Assembly: GCF_009914755.1 (NCBI RefSeq)
Contig: NC_060929.1
Source: the human T2T-CHM13v2.0 reference genome, Homo sapiens
Direction: 5' to 3' (one strand)
DNA length: 64,000 nucleotides
The notes under the pieces were generated by a model that was given only the letters and a program-made list of their open reading frames with translations, was not told the origin of the DNA and made no database searches. Each line of letters opens with the position of its first letter. Positions within the stretch are counted from its first letter, which is position 1. The translations under genes and the position numbers were made by a program. Positions 28,898 through 52,270 of this stretch are shown here, piece after piece.

Positions 28898-29369
28898 TTA
28901 CTTGGGATTGAAGCCTAGTTATAATAAGCAAAACAAAAAAAAAATGTTTATTTAAGTGGAAAAGAAACTTGTGATTCATCATTGGTTTTAATTTAGTGGA
29001 AAAAAATCAAGATTGCAGTGGTTTTCTTATTGTCTAACCCAAGTTTATATGAAAAGCAAGTGAAAGTCTAGTGGAACAGGAGTCGTTTAGCTTATTTCCT
29101 TACTTTTGTATTACATGGTATTATAAATAATTCCTGTGGTTGAATTAATGGATATATCTTTAGAGTGGAATATTATGACAGTGTTACAATGGATGAGTAT
29201 TGATTTGTAAAGATGGTCTGTGATGTAGAGATGTAAGGGATGTAGGTGTGTATGTGTAGATAGAGAAAATAGTCTGGAAAGATCTGTAAACAAAGGTATT
29301 GGATCTGTGGGGTAGCATTATACGACCATTAATTTTTTCAGTTTTTTTCATGACAGAGTCTTTTAGATA

Positions 29370-31065
<1,696 letters not shown>

Positions 31066-31100
31066 CAATATTTTTTTGTTGGTTTATTTTTTTTTTTTGA

Positions 31101-31205
<105 letters not shown>

Positions 31206-32622
31206 TGAGTAGCTGGGATTACAGGCATGTGCCACCACGCCCTGCTAATTTTGTATTTTTAGTAGAGATGGGGTTTCTCCATGTTGGTCAGGCTGGTCTC
31301 GAACTCCCGACCTCAGGTGATCCACCCACCTCAGCCTCCCAAAGTGCTGGGATTACAGGCGTGAGCCACCCCACCCGGCCTTGTTGGTTTTTTTTTTTTT
31401 TTTTTTAAGTTTATTTATTTTTTTGAGACAGAGTCTTGTTCTGTCTCCTAGGCTGGAGTACAGTGGCGCCATCTTGGCTCACTGCAGCCTTTGCCTCCTG
31501 GGTTCAAGTGATTCTCATGCCTCAACTTCCTGAGTAGCTGGGATTCAGGGGCATGCCACCACGTCCGGCTAATTTTTGTTTTTTTGTGTTTTTTTTTTTT
31601 TTTTTGAGAGGGAGTCTCGCTCTGTCATCAGGCTGGAGCGCAGTGGCGCGAGCTTGGCTCACTACAACCTCTGCCTCCCAGATTCAAGTGAGTCTGCTGC
31701 CTCAGGCTCCCAAGTAGCTGGGATTACAGGCGTGCGCCACCACGCCCAGCTAATTTTTGTGTTTTTAGTAGAGAGAGGGTTTCACCACGTTGGCCAGGAT
31801 GGTCTTGATCTCTTGACCTCGTGATCCGCCCACCTTGGCCTCCCAAATTTCTGGGATTACAGGCATGAGCCACCACGCCTGGCCTAATTTTTGTATTTTT
31901 GGTAGAGACAGGGTTTCACCATGTTGGCCAGGCTGGTTTGAACTCTGGGCCTCAAGTGATCTGCCTGTCTCAGCCTCCCAAAGTGCTGGTATTACAGGTG
32001 TGAGCCACCATGCCCGGCCTACTTATTTTATTTTTGAGACAGGATCTTGCTCTGTCACCTAGACTAGAGTGCAGTGGTGTGAGTCCCCTCCAGTTCTTGG
32101 CCTCAAACAATCCTCTCACCTCAGCCTCCGGAGTAGTTAGAACTACAGGTGCATACCACCATGCCTGGCTAATCTTTGTTTGTGTGTGTGTGTGTGTGTT
32201 GTTTTTTTTTTGTTTGTTTTGTTTTTTTTGAGACGGAGTCTCACTCTGTCACCCAGGCTGGTCTGGAACTCCTGGTCTGAAGTGATCTTCCTGCCTTGGC
32301 CTTCCAGAGTGCTGGGATTACAGGCGTGCACCACTGTGCCTGGTGTTATTGGTTTTTTTTTTTTTTTAAATAATGAGCAAATGTATACCTATTATAATTA
32401 GGAAATTTAGTTTATGGAGGAAAATCTCATTTTTCTATCTGTCACAGAAATATGATCTACTTTGCATGCTTGTTTGAATGTTGGAAAGAGTGAATTGATC
32501 TATTAAGTTAGGAAAAGCATTTCAAAAATACTTGTACTATAATTATAAGGTGGTGGTAATAGTGTGGCCACTACTTCTGTTTCATTATTCACCAGTTAAT
32601 AAATAAACACCTTGTTTTTTAG

Positions 32623-32784
32623 AGAGGACATGTACTCCCAGGATTCCATAGATCTCCTTGCTAACTCAGGACTACAGTTTCAGAAGCATGAAGAGGAAGG
32701 GATTGACACACTGCACTTTGCAGAGCTGCTTATGACATCAGGAGTGGTTCTCTGTGACAATGTCAAATGGCTTTCATTTCATAG
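32623..32784 (+). CDS. CNOT8: CNOT8 coding exon 3
   Basis: tttag|A GAG GAC ATG ... WLSFH AG|gtcagt; 162 nt, phases match both neighbours. Confidence 0.97.
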
Positions 32785-33691
32785 GTCAGTCCTAGGGAAT
32801 GTGTATTTCTCTCTCACTTTGGGCTACACTGAAGCAGGGAATTGAATTCTTAGTCATTTTTGCAGTCCTAGTGACTGTTCTGTTCAGCAGCAGCAGCCAG
32901 AAGTTGAATTGGTGCTTGTTGCCCATGTTTCAGTTTTTCACAAAACACTGGGGCTCATATACTGGTTTGTTTCACACAGTATTTGGCTCTATCATGTGGC
33001 TATCAGTGGGTTTAATTCCAAGTGGGAATATGGTGGGTGTAGAGGGTCACAGTACTTGGTTATCTTTTAAATGGCTGTCTCGGAGTTTCTTAGGTACTTG
33101 AAAGCCAGATTCTCCTTATTTTAACTTCTCAGTACTTTTGGATTTTTGGTGAATCGAATCTACAATTAAACCCCTTGGGTACTTTTTTATATCTCCCATA
33201 TTAGTCTGTTAGGTTGTTATTAGAAAGTTCAGATTATAGGCCGGGCGCAGTGGCTCACATCTATAATCCCAGCACTTTGGGAGGCTGAGAAAGGTGGATC
33301 ACCTGAGGTCAGGAGTTCGAGACCAGCCTGGCCACCATGGCAAAACCCTGTCTTTACTAAAAATACAAAAATTAGCCAGGCATGGTGACGGGTGCCTGTA
33401 ATCCCAGCTACTTGGGAGGCTGAGGCAGGGATAATTGCTTGAACCTGGGAGGTGAAGGTTGCAGTGAGCCGAGATCGTGCCATTGCACTCCAGCCTGGGC
33501 AACAGAGTAAGACTCTGTCTCAAAAAAAAAAAAAAAAAAAAAAGATTCAGATTATAGTACGATAAACTACTCAGAAAAAGTGAAAGTTCCTAACATGAAG
33601 TAGCATTTACAAGCTTTGAGAAATAAAATGGTTGAACACTGGGGCCTGATAACCACTGCTTTTTTAACCTCTGTGGTTTATTCTCTTGTAG

Positions 33692-33836
33692 TGGCTATGA
33701 TTTTGGCTATATGGTAAAGTTGCTTACAGATTCTCGTTTGCCAGAAGAGGAACATGAATTCTTTCATATTCTGAACCTTTTCTTCCCATCCATTTATGAT
33801 GTGAAATACCTGATGAAGAGCTGCAAAAATCTTAAG
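33692..33836 (+). CDS. CNOT8: CNOT8 coding exon 4 (SGYDFGY, D161)
   Basis: tgtag|T GGC TAT GAT ... SCKNLK|gtatat; 145 nt. Confidence 0.97.
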
Positions 33837-34454
33837 GTATATGATGTTTTTCTTAATACCAGTAACAAAAAGAAGGACAGAAAAAAAGCTGACTTTGCTT
33901 TATTGTTACGTGTTCAGCATGCATTTTTGAGTACTAGATGCTAGTGTGGTGGTAGACAGGGTATAATATAAAGCTGATTTGGTCAGATATTTGTGTGGTA
34001 ACGATCTTTAACCTGGCCATGAAGGGAACCCTCTGCTTCTGTCATCTTAAGGCAGGCATTCTTCACTCGAGGGCCATGAACCTAATGAAAAGGTATAAAT
34101 GCTGTTTGTTAGGGATGGGGTCTGTGGTATAACAGATTCTTAGAGGAGTTCTTAACTCTAGAAAGTTTTAGAACTTGGTACCGTAATAAATTGTTGACAT
34201 AGAGCTTTGCTGTCTAGAATTAGAGTGGGATTTACTATTTCCTCAGCCTTGCAATTCTGATTTTAATGGCAGAGTTCTGGAAAAATTAACAACATGGAAA
34301 GGAGCAAAATGTAGGATGTAGCACAATATAGCGTCTGGAAAAAGGGAATAAAAGAGCTAAAAAGAGGTTACTAAGGCCTGTTAAATAAATGGCCTGTCCC
34401 CACTTCTTGCTAGAATTCAGTGAACTCATAACTGCACTTAGTTGGCTCCAGTAG

Positions 34455-34967
<513 letters not shown>

Positions 34968-34970
34968 TGA

Positions 34971-35183
<213 letters not shown>

Positions 35184-35753
35184 TAGCAAGTTGATGTCCA
35201 CTTTGAAAGTGGTTGTTTTTTGTTATGGTATTCTGCATGTCACATGTTTGAGAGGCAAAAGCAGCATTCTGACGTGAAAGCCACTTTCCAGTAACCAAGT
35301 ATTCTTGAGCACACCCAAGTCCAGAACTTCATGTTCTTGTCAGCTCTAATCCTTTCAGTTATTTGCTTTTTTTCTGATTCCTGTAATAGAAATATATTTG
35401 TTAGGCCACCTACTGACATTATGGTAAGTTCTGTTAATTATTATTAAATAAATACTATATTGAATTTACTATAACCCCTTAGTAAAAATTAGACTCTTAA
35501 TTTCTTCTTTTAGTTTCTTTACTCACTGACTCAGGTTTTAAAATATATTCAAAGATGTAGAAGGAGTAAGACGCTGCTTTGAAAAATTGAAATATTGATT
35601 TTGTTGACACTTTTGAGGACCGGATCAGATTAATTGATCTGTAGACATGGATCTCCTTTTTAGAACTAAGATTGTAGAGAGGGAGAGTACATTTCCTCTT
35701 TGTTACTCTTAATTATAAACAACTGTTACCATGTGTTGGTAAATGTTCTAGGT

Positions 35754-35950
35754 CAGTGATTCTCAACTGGGGATGATTTTGCCCTGGAGGGTACATTTGT
35801 TAATATCTGTAGATGATTTTGGTTGTCACAATCTGGTGGGGGAGAGTGGTGTGCTACCTGTCAGGATGCTGCTAAACATCCTGTGATACACTGGACAAGT
35901 TCCCCCAAATAATTATCCTACCCCAGTAGTGCCACAGTGGAGAGATCTTG
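35754..35950. mobile_element. MER20 (hAT-Charlie MITE)
   Basis: cagtgattctcaactgggg...ttttggttgtcacaa...ggatgctgctaaacatcct. Confidence 0.8.
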
Positions 35951-36897
35951 CGTTAAGTGCTTACTGTTCGTTATCTCATTCCTCATAATAACCCTATTAT
36001 CCTGTTTTATAGATAGGGAACTATGGCTTAAAAGGAGTTTAAATGACTTTGCCAAGGTCAAGTGAGTCCGGCTGAATCCACAGCCCAAGCCCAGCCCATT
36101 GCTCTGCCTGTTAAAGAGAAGGGAGCAGTTGTGTTAAACAGCAGCAGCACAGAGATACTGGCAGTAAAAGAATACATGGAAAGTATGTTCAGATAGGAGA
36201 GCCTTTCTCCTATAGAGAAAGGAGCATGAAAAGACTGCATTAAAAGGAAAGGTTTAGGCCGGGTGCGGTGGCTCACACCTGTAATCCCAGCACTTTGGGA
36301 GGCCGAGGCAAGTGGATCACTTGAGGTCAGGAGTTCGAGACCAGCCTGGCCAACATGGTGAAACCTGCCTCTATTAAAAGTACAAAAATTAGTCAGGTGT
36401 GATGACATGCACCTGTAATCCCAGCTACTCGGGAGGCTGAGGCAAGGGAATCACTTGAGCCTGGGAGGCGGAGGTTGCAGTGAGTGAAACCCTGTCTCTT
36501 TTTCTTTTTCTTTCGAGACGGAGTCTTGCATTGTCACCCAGGCTGGGGTGCAGTGGTGTGATCTCAGTTCACTGCAACCTCTGCCTCTCGGGTTCAAACA
36601 ATTCTCTGCCTCAGCCTCCCAAGTAGCTGGGATTACAGGTGCCTGCCACCACGCCTGGCTAATTTTTTGTATTTTTAGTAGAGACAGGGTTTCACCATCT
36701 TGGCCAGGCTGGTCTTGAACTCCTGACCTCGTAATCCACCTGCCTTGGCGCCCCAAAGTGCTGGGATTACAGGCGTGAGCCACTGTGCCTGGCCGAGCCT
36801 TTCTATACTATTAGTTTTTTTTTCTAGTTTGGTATATTTTCAGGGCTTTAGGAAGGCTGGGAGGTGGTGATGTGGTAGTGGTTTTTTTCTTTTTTGA

Positions 36898-37401
<504 letters not shown>

Positions 37402-38750
37402 TGGCGCCAGGCTCTGCAGGGTGGGCCTGATCCCAGAGTGGTGCTTACTGTGCTGACTGTGTACTTATCTTCCCCAAGAGAAAATGCTTCTTTTGAGCAC
37501 ACTGTACCTACCATCTGCATTGAGCAGAAAGACTTTTGTTTTACTGAAGACAAAAGATGTTTTTATTTTAGACCCAGAAGAGAGGAGTTTGCTCTGAATT
37601 TGTAAATAAGTCTTCCCCATTCCTCATACTCGAGCCTCTCCTCTCTGGTTGCCTCCTGCCACCAGCATCCATGGCTCATTTGACACCTTTTTAAATATCA
37701 GGACAAGTCTGAAACAAAGTAGTAAAATGTATATAACTCTTACCTGTTGTCATTCTTTTTCTTTTAAATTTGTTGCTAATCTCTGATAATGAAGATTCTT
37801 ACTCTGATTCTCAGCTGAGCTGTGAGGGCTTCCAGGGAAAATGGAACAAAATGGTGTTCTTAGGTAATGGGTTGTAGATACTGAGTCTTCCTTTCCTTTT
37901 CTGACCCTTCTCGAGGACATTTGCTTTCCTCACACTTTTGTAGTCTCTCTTTACATATTACTATATGGAAATGAATTGCTCTGTGCTGAAATTTGAAGAC
38001 CAGATAATGAAACTGAAAAGCAAACAATTTTACTGAATCTGTCTACCCTTCATTCATGAGAACTCCAGAATGAGTGTTGACCACTGAAGCATCTTTTAAG
38101 TCTGTGTTCCATTGTGCCATTCAGGTTTGCTGTCACATATGCATCATCTGAAATCATTTGAAATTTTTGTACAATAAAATATCCTGGATTTGATCCTGAA
38201 GGAAACTAGTAAGATCAGATTTTTGGGTCATGTCTGTTGTATTTTCAGTAATGTGATTTCAGATGGTCATCTGGATTCTCCCACTTCTCTACTCCATTAT
38301 TTCTCTACTTTTCCTTCCAGCAAACCTGAAACGTGAGGGAGATGGATTAATGTGAGTAACAGGAATGTGTCTTTAAAAAGCTAGAGTGGTTACATTTAAT
38401 CAGGCAGTAAGATAATTTGGGTTCTTGAGTTGTTTTGGAGTAATATCCCACAACTGGGGTAGGAAGCTCAGGACTTTTTTCTTTAAAGCTAGTCATTTCA
38501 AAAGCATATTGTATTTTTTTGAATGACTACAGTATGGACAATTTCAAAAACCAAAACCCACTTTGGATTGGTGGAAGTAAAAACTGGTAACTCACTCAAG
38601 TGAATGAATGGTCTTGCATTTTAAAAGCTTATGGGAAACTCAATTTGAAATGATTAGAAAATGTCAAGTATTATAAGCTGGTATTTAAGATGCTTGTAAA
38701 TACTATTTATGTTTTTAATTTTGTAAAATAAAGATTTCTTTTTAACCACT
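37402..38750 (+). other. CNOT8: CNOT8 3'UTR with tandem poly(A) signals
   Basis: AT-rich unique sequence; AATAAA at 38173-38178 and 38727-38732, each directly preceded by a TGTA (CFIm) motif. The end is approximate. Confidence 0.8.
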
Positions 38751-39591
38751 GGCATTAAGGTTTGGTCTTTCATAGCTATGGATTGCTGGCTCTGGAAGAT
38801 GGTCATTTGCCATCAGTGAAATAAGAGCATCTTGCCTCCATTGTCCCCAAGTTGGCTTACATACAAAATATCACTTGGGGGGTGGGTTCGGGAATAAAAA
38901 AAATACATATCACTTGGTAGGAAGCTTTTCACGAGCACCTGTGTAAATGGAATTGTCTCTTCATACTCAAGATTGTTGGGTCTTAATATTATAGAATTAA
39001 ACCAGTCTAATATTTCCTGGGGTCACTCCACTATATATGGTGGATTAGCTTGTTAATTAGTGGGATTCTTTTAAACAACCTGAACTTCAGATATCCTAGA
39101 GTTGGCTCAAGACTTTGTTTCCAGCCATTTCTGTTGACACAAAATATGTGGGGTTTTAAGAAGTCTGGTACAGGGGCAGATATGGAATTGTGACTGGGAA
39201 GTTGACAAAACAAGAGATTTATCACTGTAATTTCTGGTGAAACAGCAGTCAGTGGTTCTCAACCAGGGTGCCCTGGCATGCTGGTGACTGTGAGCGCTAT
39301 GCAGATACCCTTCCAAATTTGAATTAAAGCAGGACATTTAATATTTTCTACAATTAAGGACTTACTTACATGTCAGGAGAAATGCTCAAAGGGTTGAGGA
39401 ACTCAGTGTTGAGTGTGGGGTTTGGTCATCATTGCATGTGAGAGTTAAGAGCTTAGAGTAGTGCTTTAGCAAGAAAGAGCACAAGTCTTGGAACTGGCAA
39501 GAACTTTGTGTGTATGAGTGCATATAGGTCTATGTGAATGCTCATCCTCAAAAAGTGATGGCACTGTAGGGTAACCAAGAGAATCACTTAA

Positions 39592-40842
<1,251 letters not shown>

Positions 40843-40845
40843 ATT

Positions 40846-40863
40846 TGGGGGCTCATCTGGCAT
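40846..40863 (+). promoter_or_regulatory. Primer-binding site, tRNA-Pro type
   Basis: TGGGGGCTCATCTGGCAT matches the tRNA-Pro PBS TGGGGGCTCGTCCGGGAT at 15/18; two of the three mismatches are CpG transitions. It lies directly after the 5' LTR. Confidence 0.85.
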
Positions 40864-41435
40864 CCCATTCTCCTCTAGGGAAGGGTCTCTGATCACCTCT
40901 CATGAGGAGATGCGTCCTGCTGCCTCATTGCAATGGCCTCAGGAATAAGGAATCAAGACCCACCTGGTGTGACGAATAAACCTGGACTCTCAGCAATGAA
41001 GGAAGAAAAGTCCTACAAATACTGTGGCGACCAGGTAACTCCTCTGCACACACCAAGGTAAGAAAAGCTGCGGGGGCGGTGAAGTACTTCTTTGGTGGTC
41101 AGGACATCCTGGAGGTTGAAAGTGTGTGAATAAGATGCACAGTTGAGTGCAAAGCAAGTGTGCAGTCCGGATCTGTGGTTCCACGGTCACCTCATATGGC
41201 TTAGGGCAGCTTTCCTGTCATGAGGCTTATACCGACCCGCCAATGCTAAGAGGGACCCAAATTCCCATAAGGGAAGTGGCCGGAGAAGGATGAAACAAAA
41301 GTAGGGGAGTGCAAGAAACCTCCAGTGGCAGGGGAGGGGTTGAACCTTCAGGGAAAAGGGGGCAAGAAATCTCTCATAAAAGAGGTTGAGCCACACAGAC
41401 TCAGGAAACTCAGGGAAACACCTAAAACTTCCAGA

Positions 41436-42760
41436 ATGGGAAATACCTCAAGCAGGACAGGAAATAAGAAGGATAAGACAGACAATAAAATTCCCTCTGA
41501 TAGCCCTCTAGGTCTCATGTTAACATACTGGAAGGATAATGAAAGGACCAAACACAAGAAAAAGCAACAAACGATAAAATATTGCTGTTTTATTTGGACC
41601 AAAAAACCTATCCTCAAACCTTCAGTCTTTTGGCCAAAAGTTTCGATCTAGTGAGGATTGGATTTGTCAGCTTTTAATAGGGTATGTCAATAACAAAAGT
41701 CCTGTCTCCCAGGAGGAAATAGACTATGCCCTGTGTTGGTGGTGGGGGCCTGTCCTCTGTTCCCTAAAGGATACGGGGGACAAGCCAGAAGCTACTTCTT
41801 CTCAAGAAATTAATATCCCTCATCCCAAAAAGTCAACCAACACGTGGGACCCCTTAGACCACCTTCCCCCACCAAACACCACTAACTTCCCTCCCCCTCC
41901 AGTAGCTGCAACTGCCCCAGACCCTTCCCCAGCTCACTTTGTTTCTTCCCCTTATAATCCTGACTTGGGGTCTCCCTAGCCTGAATGCCCTTCCCCAGGA
42001 AGACTTCAACGTGAGATAGAACAGTGTAAAAAAGATATCCAAAACTTTCCTTTCCCCACTACCTCGAGAATCTGCTCCAACGATCTTTCCCTTAAGGGAA
42101 GTGCTTCTAGGAGGAGGGGGCATTTGTTTTGTGAACGCCCTGTTAACCAGTTCAGAAGTCCGAAGCCTAAAAAGGGCTCAAACCACTCTTAGACAATCCC
42201 TATGGAGTAGCAGATCAAATTGATCAATTTCTAGGACCCCAGTTGTATACTTGGACTGAGTTAATGTCCATCCTAGGCATCCTCTTTTCGGGAGAGGAAA
42301 GAAGCATGATCTGCACTATGACGGTTTGGGAACGTGAACACCCCCTCAGTCATAACGTCCTTGCAGCTAAACAAAAGTTCCCAGCCCAAGATCCTCAATG
42401 AGATAACAATGTAGCCCATTGAGGGAATATGAGAGATCTTAGAGATAGGATAATTAAAGGGATTCGGGAATCAGTTCCTCGAACTCAAAATATACCAAAG
42501 CTTTTAATATACAACAGGGAAAGGATAAAGGACCTACGGAATTCTTAGAGAGGCTTAAAGAGCAAAGGAGGAAATATGCTGGCCTAGAATTAGAAAACCC
42601 CCTTGGATGAGGAATGTTAGAGCTCCGTTTTGTCACCAGATATTACAAAGAAATTACGAAAGATAGAAAATTGGAAAGACCATCCCATAGAAGAGCTTTT
42701 AAAGAGAATGAAAATGTATATGTACGGAGGGATGAGGAAAGGCAAAAGCAAAAGGCAGAG
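41436..42760 (+). pseudogene. ERV gag remnant (MA-CA; no NC)
   Basis: MGNTSS myristoylation start, IPSDSPLGLML matrix motif and MHR-like QQGKDKGPTEFLERLKEQ near 42510-42565; frameshifts and stops. Confidence 0.85.
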
Positions 42761-47560
<4,800 letters not shown>

Positions 47561-47591
47561 AGGAGACTTGACGAGGAAGAACTACCAAGTC

Positions 47592-48114
47592 AAGAGGGGG
47601 AAATTTGCCAAACCATCAGTTCCTCTTCAAACTTCCTTGTTCCTTTTAGCAACTAATGTCCTTTCACATTGCTAGAAAGGATAAATTCTTGTTCTCTAAA
47701 CAAGACTTTCCATCTTTGCTGTGCCTAAACATGCCCAAATATGCCTTAATGGACAATCCCTCCCTCCCAACCTTTCTTTACAAGTTACGTGTTTAAAGGT
47801 TTCAGTTTACCCTATTTGGAAAAGTTTTACCACTCCTACCCCTTCTTCCCTGTCTACCCTATTTGGAAAAATTTCAAGTTTTAGCCAATCAGGTTAGCTT
47901 AAATTGTGTGGTCCGACTCCAGCCAATGGGAAAAGGATACAGAAACAGAAGCTGCATTAGGGATAAAAACCTTTCTCTCCTTTGTTCAGTGTGCTCTTGT
48001 GATTGTGACTGGTGCAGGCAGCAGCACCCTTCTGCGGACGTAAATTTGCCTTGCTGAGAAGTCTTTTGTTTGAGTGCTCATTTTCTTTGTGACTCTGAGC
48101 TCTTATTTCCAACA
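47592..48114 (+). repeat. Polypurine tract (47592-47603) and 3' LTR (47606-48114)
   Basis: AAGAGGGGGAAA followed by TGCCA...TTTCCAACA; CCAAT at 47885 and 47923. Confidence 0.92.
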
Positions 48115-49379
48115 CTGGGATTACAGACATGTGCCACCATGCCCAGCTAATTTTTGTATTTTTAGTAGAGATGGGTTTTCTCCATATTGGCCAGGCTGGT
48201 TTCGAACTCCTGACCTCAGGTGATCCGCCTGCCTTGGCCTCCCAAAGTGCTAGGATTACAGGTGTGAGCCACTGTGCCTGGCCATAATTCATTTTAAAAA
48301 GTTTATTCATTACTTATAGAGATGGGAGCTTGCTATGTTGCACAGGCTGGCCCTGAACTCCTGGCCTCAAGCAATCCTCCCACCTCAACCTCCACAGTAT
48401 CCAGAGTACAGGCGTGCACCATAGCACCAGGCAACTGAGTGCAATTCAGCCCCTCCATATATACTGCCAAATGTTGGTCTCAAATATATACTGCCTCCAT
48501 ATATACTGCCCAGCTGGTCTCAAACTCCTGTCCTCAAGTGATTCACTTGCCTTGGTTTCCCAAAGTGTTGGGATTACAAGCATGAGCTACCATGCCTGGA
48601 CTCAAATAGATAATCTTGTTCTTACCAAAGCAGTAACTGAGGAGTGTGCAGGACTCCTCCACCCACAGGTGATGCTTCTGACAGATCACAAAGGAATTTA
48701 GAATTCTAGTTTAACAATATCACTCTTTACTCAAGTGGAAGGGAGTATATATTTTTTCCACCTCTGTAAGTAAAGTTCATTTTAGCAGTTGGTAGAACTG
48801 GTGTCCTACCAACTAGGCTAGGTTTTCTACCTAGCCATGCCTATTTATGTCTTTGCAATCAAGAAAGATTCTCCATCCCTGGTAACAAAGCATCGTCTTC
48901 CTAAAGTTCACTTCACTGTATGAAGAACTGTGAGGATCTAAATTCTACAGTATTTCCCTTTGTGAGTTTATTAAACTCTAATGCTAGGCACATACACGTC
49001 TTTGAAAACTGCCTCAAACTTTCTCCTTCCTGGGACTTCCTGTAAATGAATTTCATTCTCACTGTCCCAACAACTCCAATCCTAGGAATTAATTGAAAAA
49101 TAAACTACAAACGTGAGCAGAAAAGCCTTCACAATGAATCCTAGAGAAAACAGTTCAATTATCTGAAAGGAGTGTTCCTTCCTACACCCATGCCAGACTC
49201 TGATTTTCCCATGCTAGCAACTGTGACATTACAGAAACATCTGTTCCTGACACTGTTCAACTGTTTAAATAACCAAGGAGGAGAAAAAAAAGATTTATAA
49301 TTAAATAGTATTTAGGGTCCCAATAGTCAGAGTCCAATAATCCAAAGGTCATCTATGCAAAATTAGGAATATGCATTTT

Positions 49380-50174
49380 TCTCCAAAGAGTATCTTTGGC
49401 TTTAATCTGATTCTCAAAAGGATCCTATGATCCAAGAAAGTTTAAGAACCATTGAAACAGTAATTTATTCCTGAGCTATTTGACTGCCATCAATCCATTT
49501 GTTATAAAACTGAAGGGAAAACACACATTTGAATCACTTCTTCTAAAGCTTTAGTAAGTGATCTGTTCAAATAAGCAATTACATGAAAGAATAAAACCAA
49601 ATTTCCAACCTAAAATTCTGACAGGAGAGTCAACATGATGGTTAAGGCCTATTTCATATTCAAACTTCAGTCTATGAAAGAGTAGAGAGAGAAGGGTCTC
49701 CTCTTTCAAATTAAATATTATAAAAACAATTAAAAAAAGGTATCAATAGTCCTAAAATGCAGCAACTCCATCTCAAACAAGCATGACACACTTCTGATCA
49801 GATGAAGTATTTACAAAGGTAGCTTGTGTTTTAAGCATGTAACACTTTGGGTGACGACAGAAGTTTCTCCTCTTTGGGTGAAACCTGCCTAAGGCTGTAG
49901 AGATGACCAACACTCTGCAGGTGTTAGTTCTGAATAACTACTGTGGGCTTTTCATGATCTTCCCTCCAGTAGGAGACCACAATTGAGTCTAAAGTCAGAT
50001 CCACCGTTGTCTATGGGTAGGCAGGGTTGATTCAAACTTAATCCTTGTTTGTATTCTTTTGGATTACTGCAAAAACATCTAGGGACCAGAGTGAATGTCT
50101 GGTGAGGCATAACTGCAGAGGTGAAAGATGTCAAACATTTTCAATTTGGCAGTTTCTTCAAGGTGTGTGAAAAT
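49380..50174 (-). other. GEMIN5: GEMIN5 3'UTR (end approximate)
   Basis: Follows the stop codon; - strand AATAAA at 49469-49464 and ATTAAA at 49406-49401. Confidence 0.7.
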
Positions 50175-50432
<258 letters not shown>

Positions 50433-51098
50433 CTATAGACACTTCTTGGACACAGCTGAGCCAGCTGTCTCCTAAGGCAATGTCCTGTCTTTCTCTTCAA
50501 CAGTTACTCCAAGGAGAAATGACACTCAAAACTAGGATGGCTACTGCGATGTCCTTCTCAATGGCACAATCTCTTTCTACAGCCCTATGCAAATCCACCC
50601 TTAAAAATGGTGCTTCTATTAATATTTGGGCCCACAGCCAAAAAGACCTGTCCATCTGTAAGCTATCTAATACATGGCACCAATTTAAATTTTACTTCTT
50701 ACCTATTAAATCTATTTGGTTTCTCTGAAGATTGAGGTATAAAATTACTTGTGTGATCGATAATTCTAGTCTCACAAAACATTCTAGCTAACCAAAGTAA
50801 TTGGATTCTAAATTCTTTTTTTTTGTTTTGTTTTGTTTTTTTTTTGAGACAGAGTCTCGCTCTGTTGCCCAGGCTGGAGTGCAGTGGCGTGATCTTGGCT
50901 CACTGCAAGCTCCGCCTCCTGAGTTCACGCCATTCTCCTGCCTCCATGCTATTCTCCTGCCTCAGCCTCCCGAGTAACTGGGACTACAGGCACCTGCCCC
51001 CACGCCCGGCTAATATTTTGTATTTTTAGTAGAGACGGGGTTTCACCATGTTAGCCAGGATGGTCTTGATCTCCTGACCTCATGATCCGCCAGCCTCA

Positions 51099-52270
<1,172 letters not shown>

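Noticed and set aside
40846-40863. tRNA-Pro gene fragment
   Set aside because: Only an 18-nt complement of the tRNA 3' end next to the LTR, so it is a PBS; no cloverleaf or A/B boxes.
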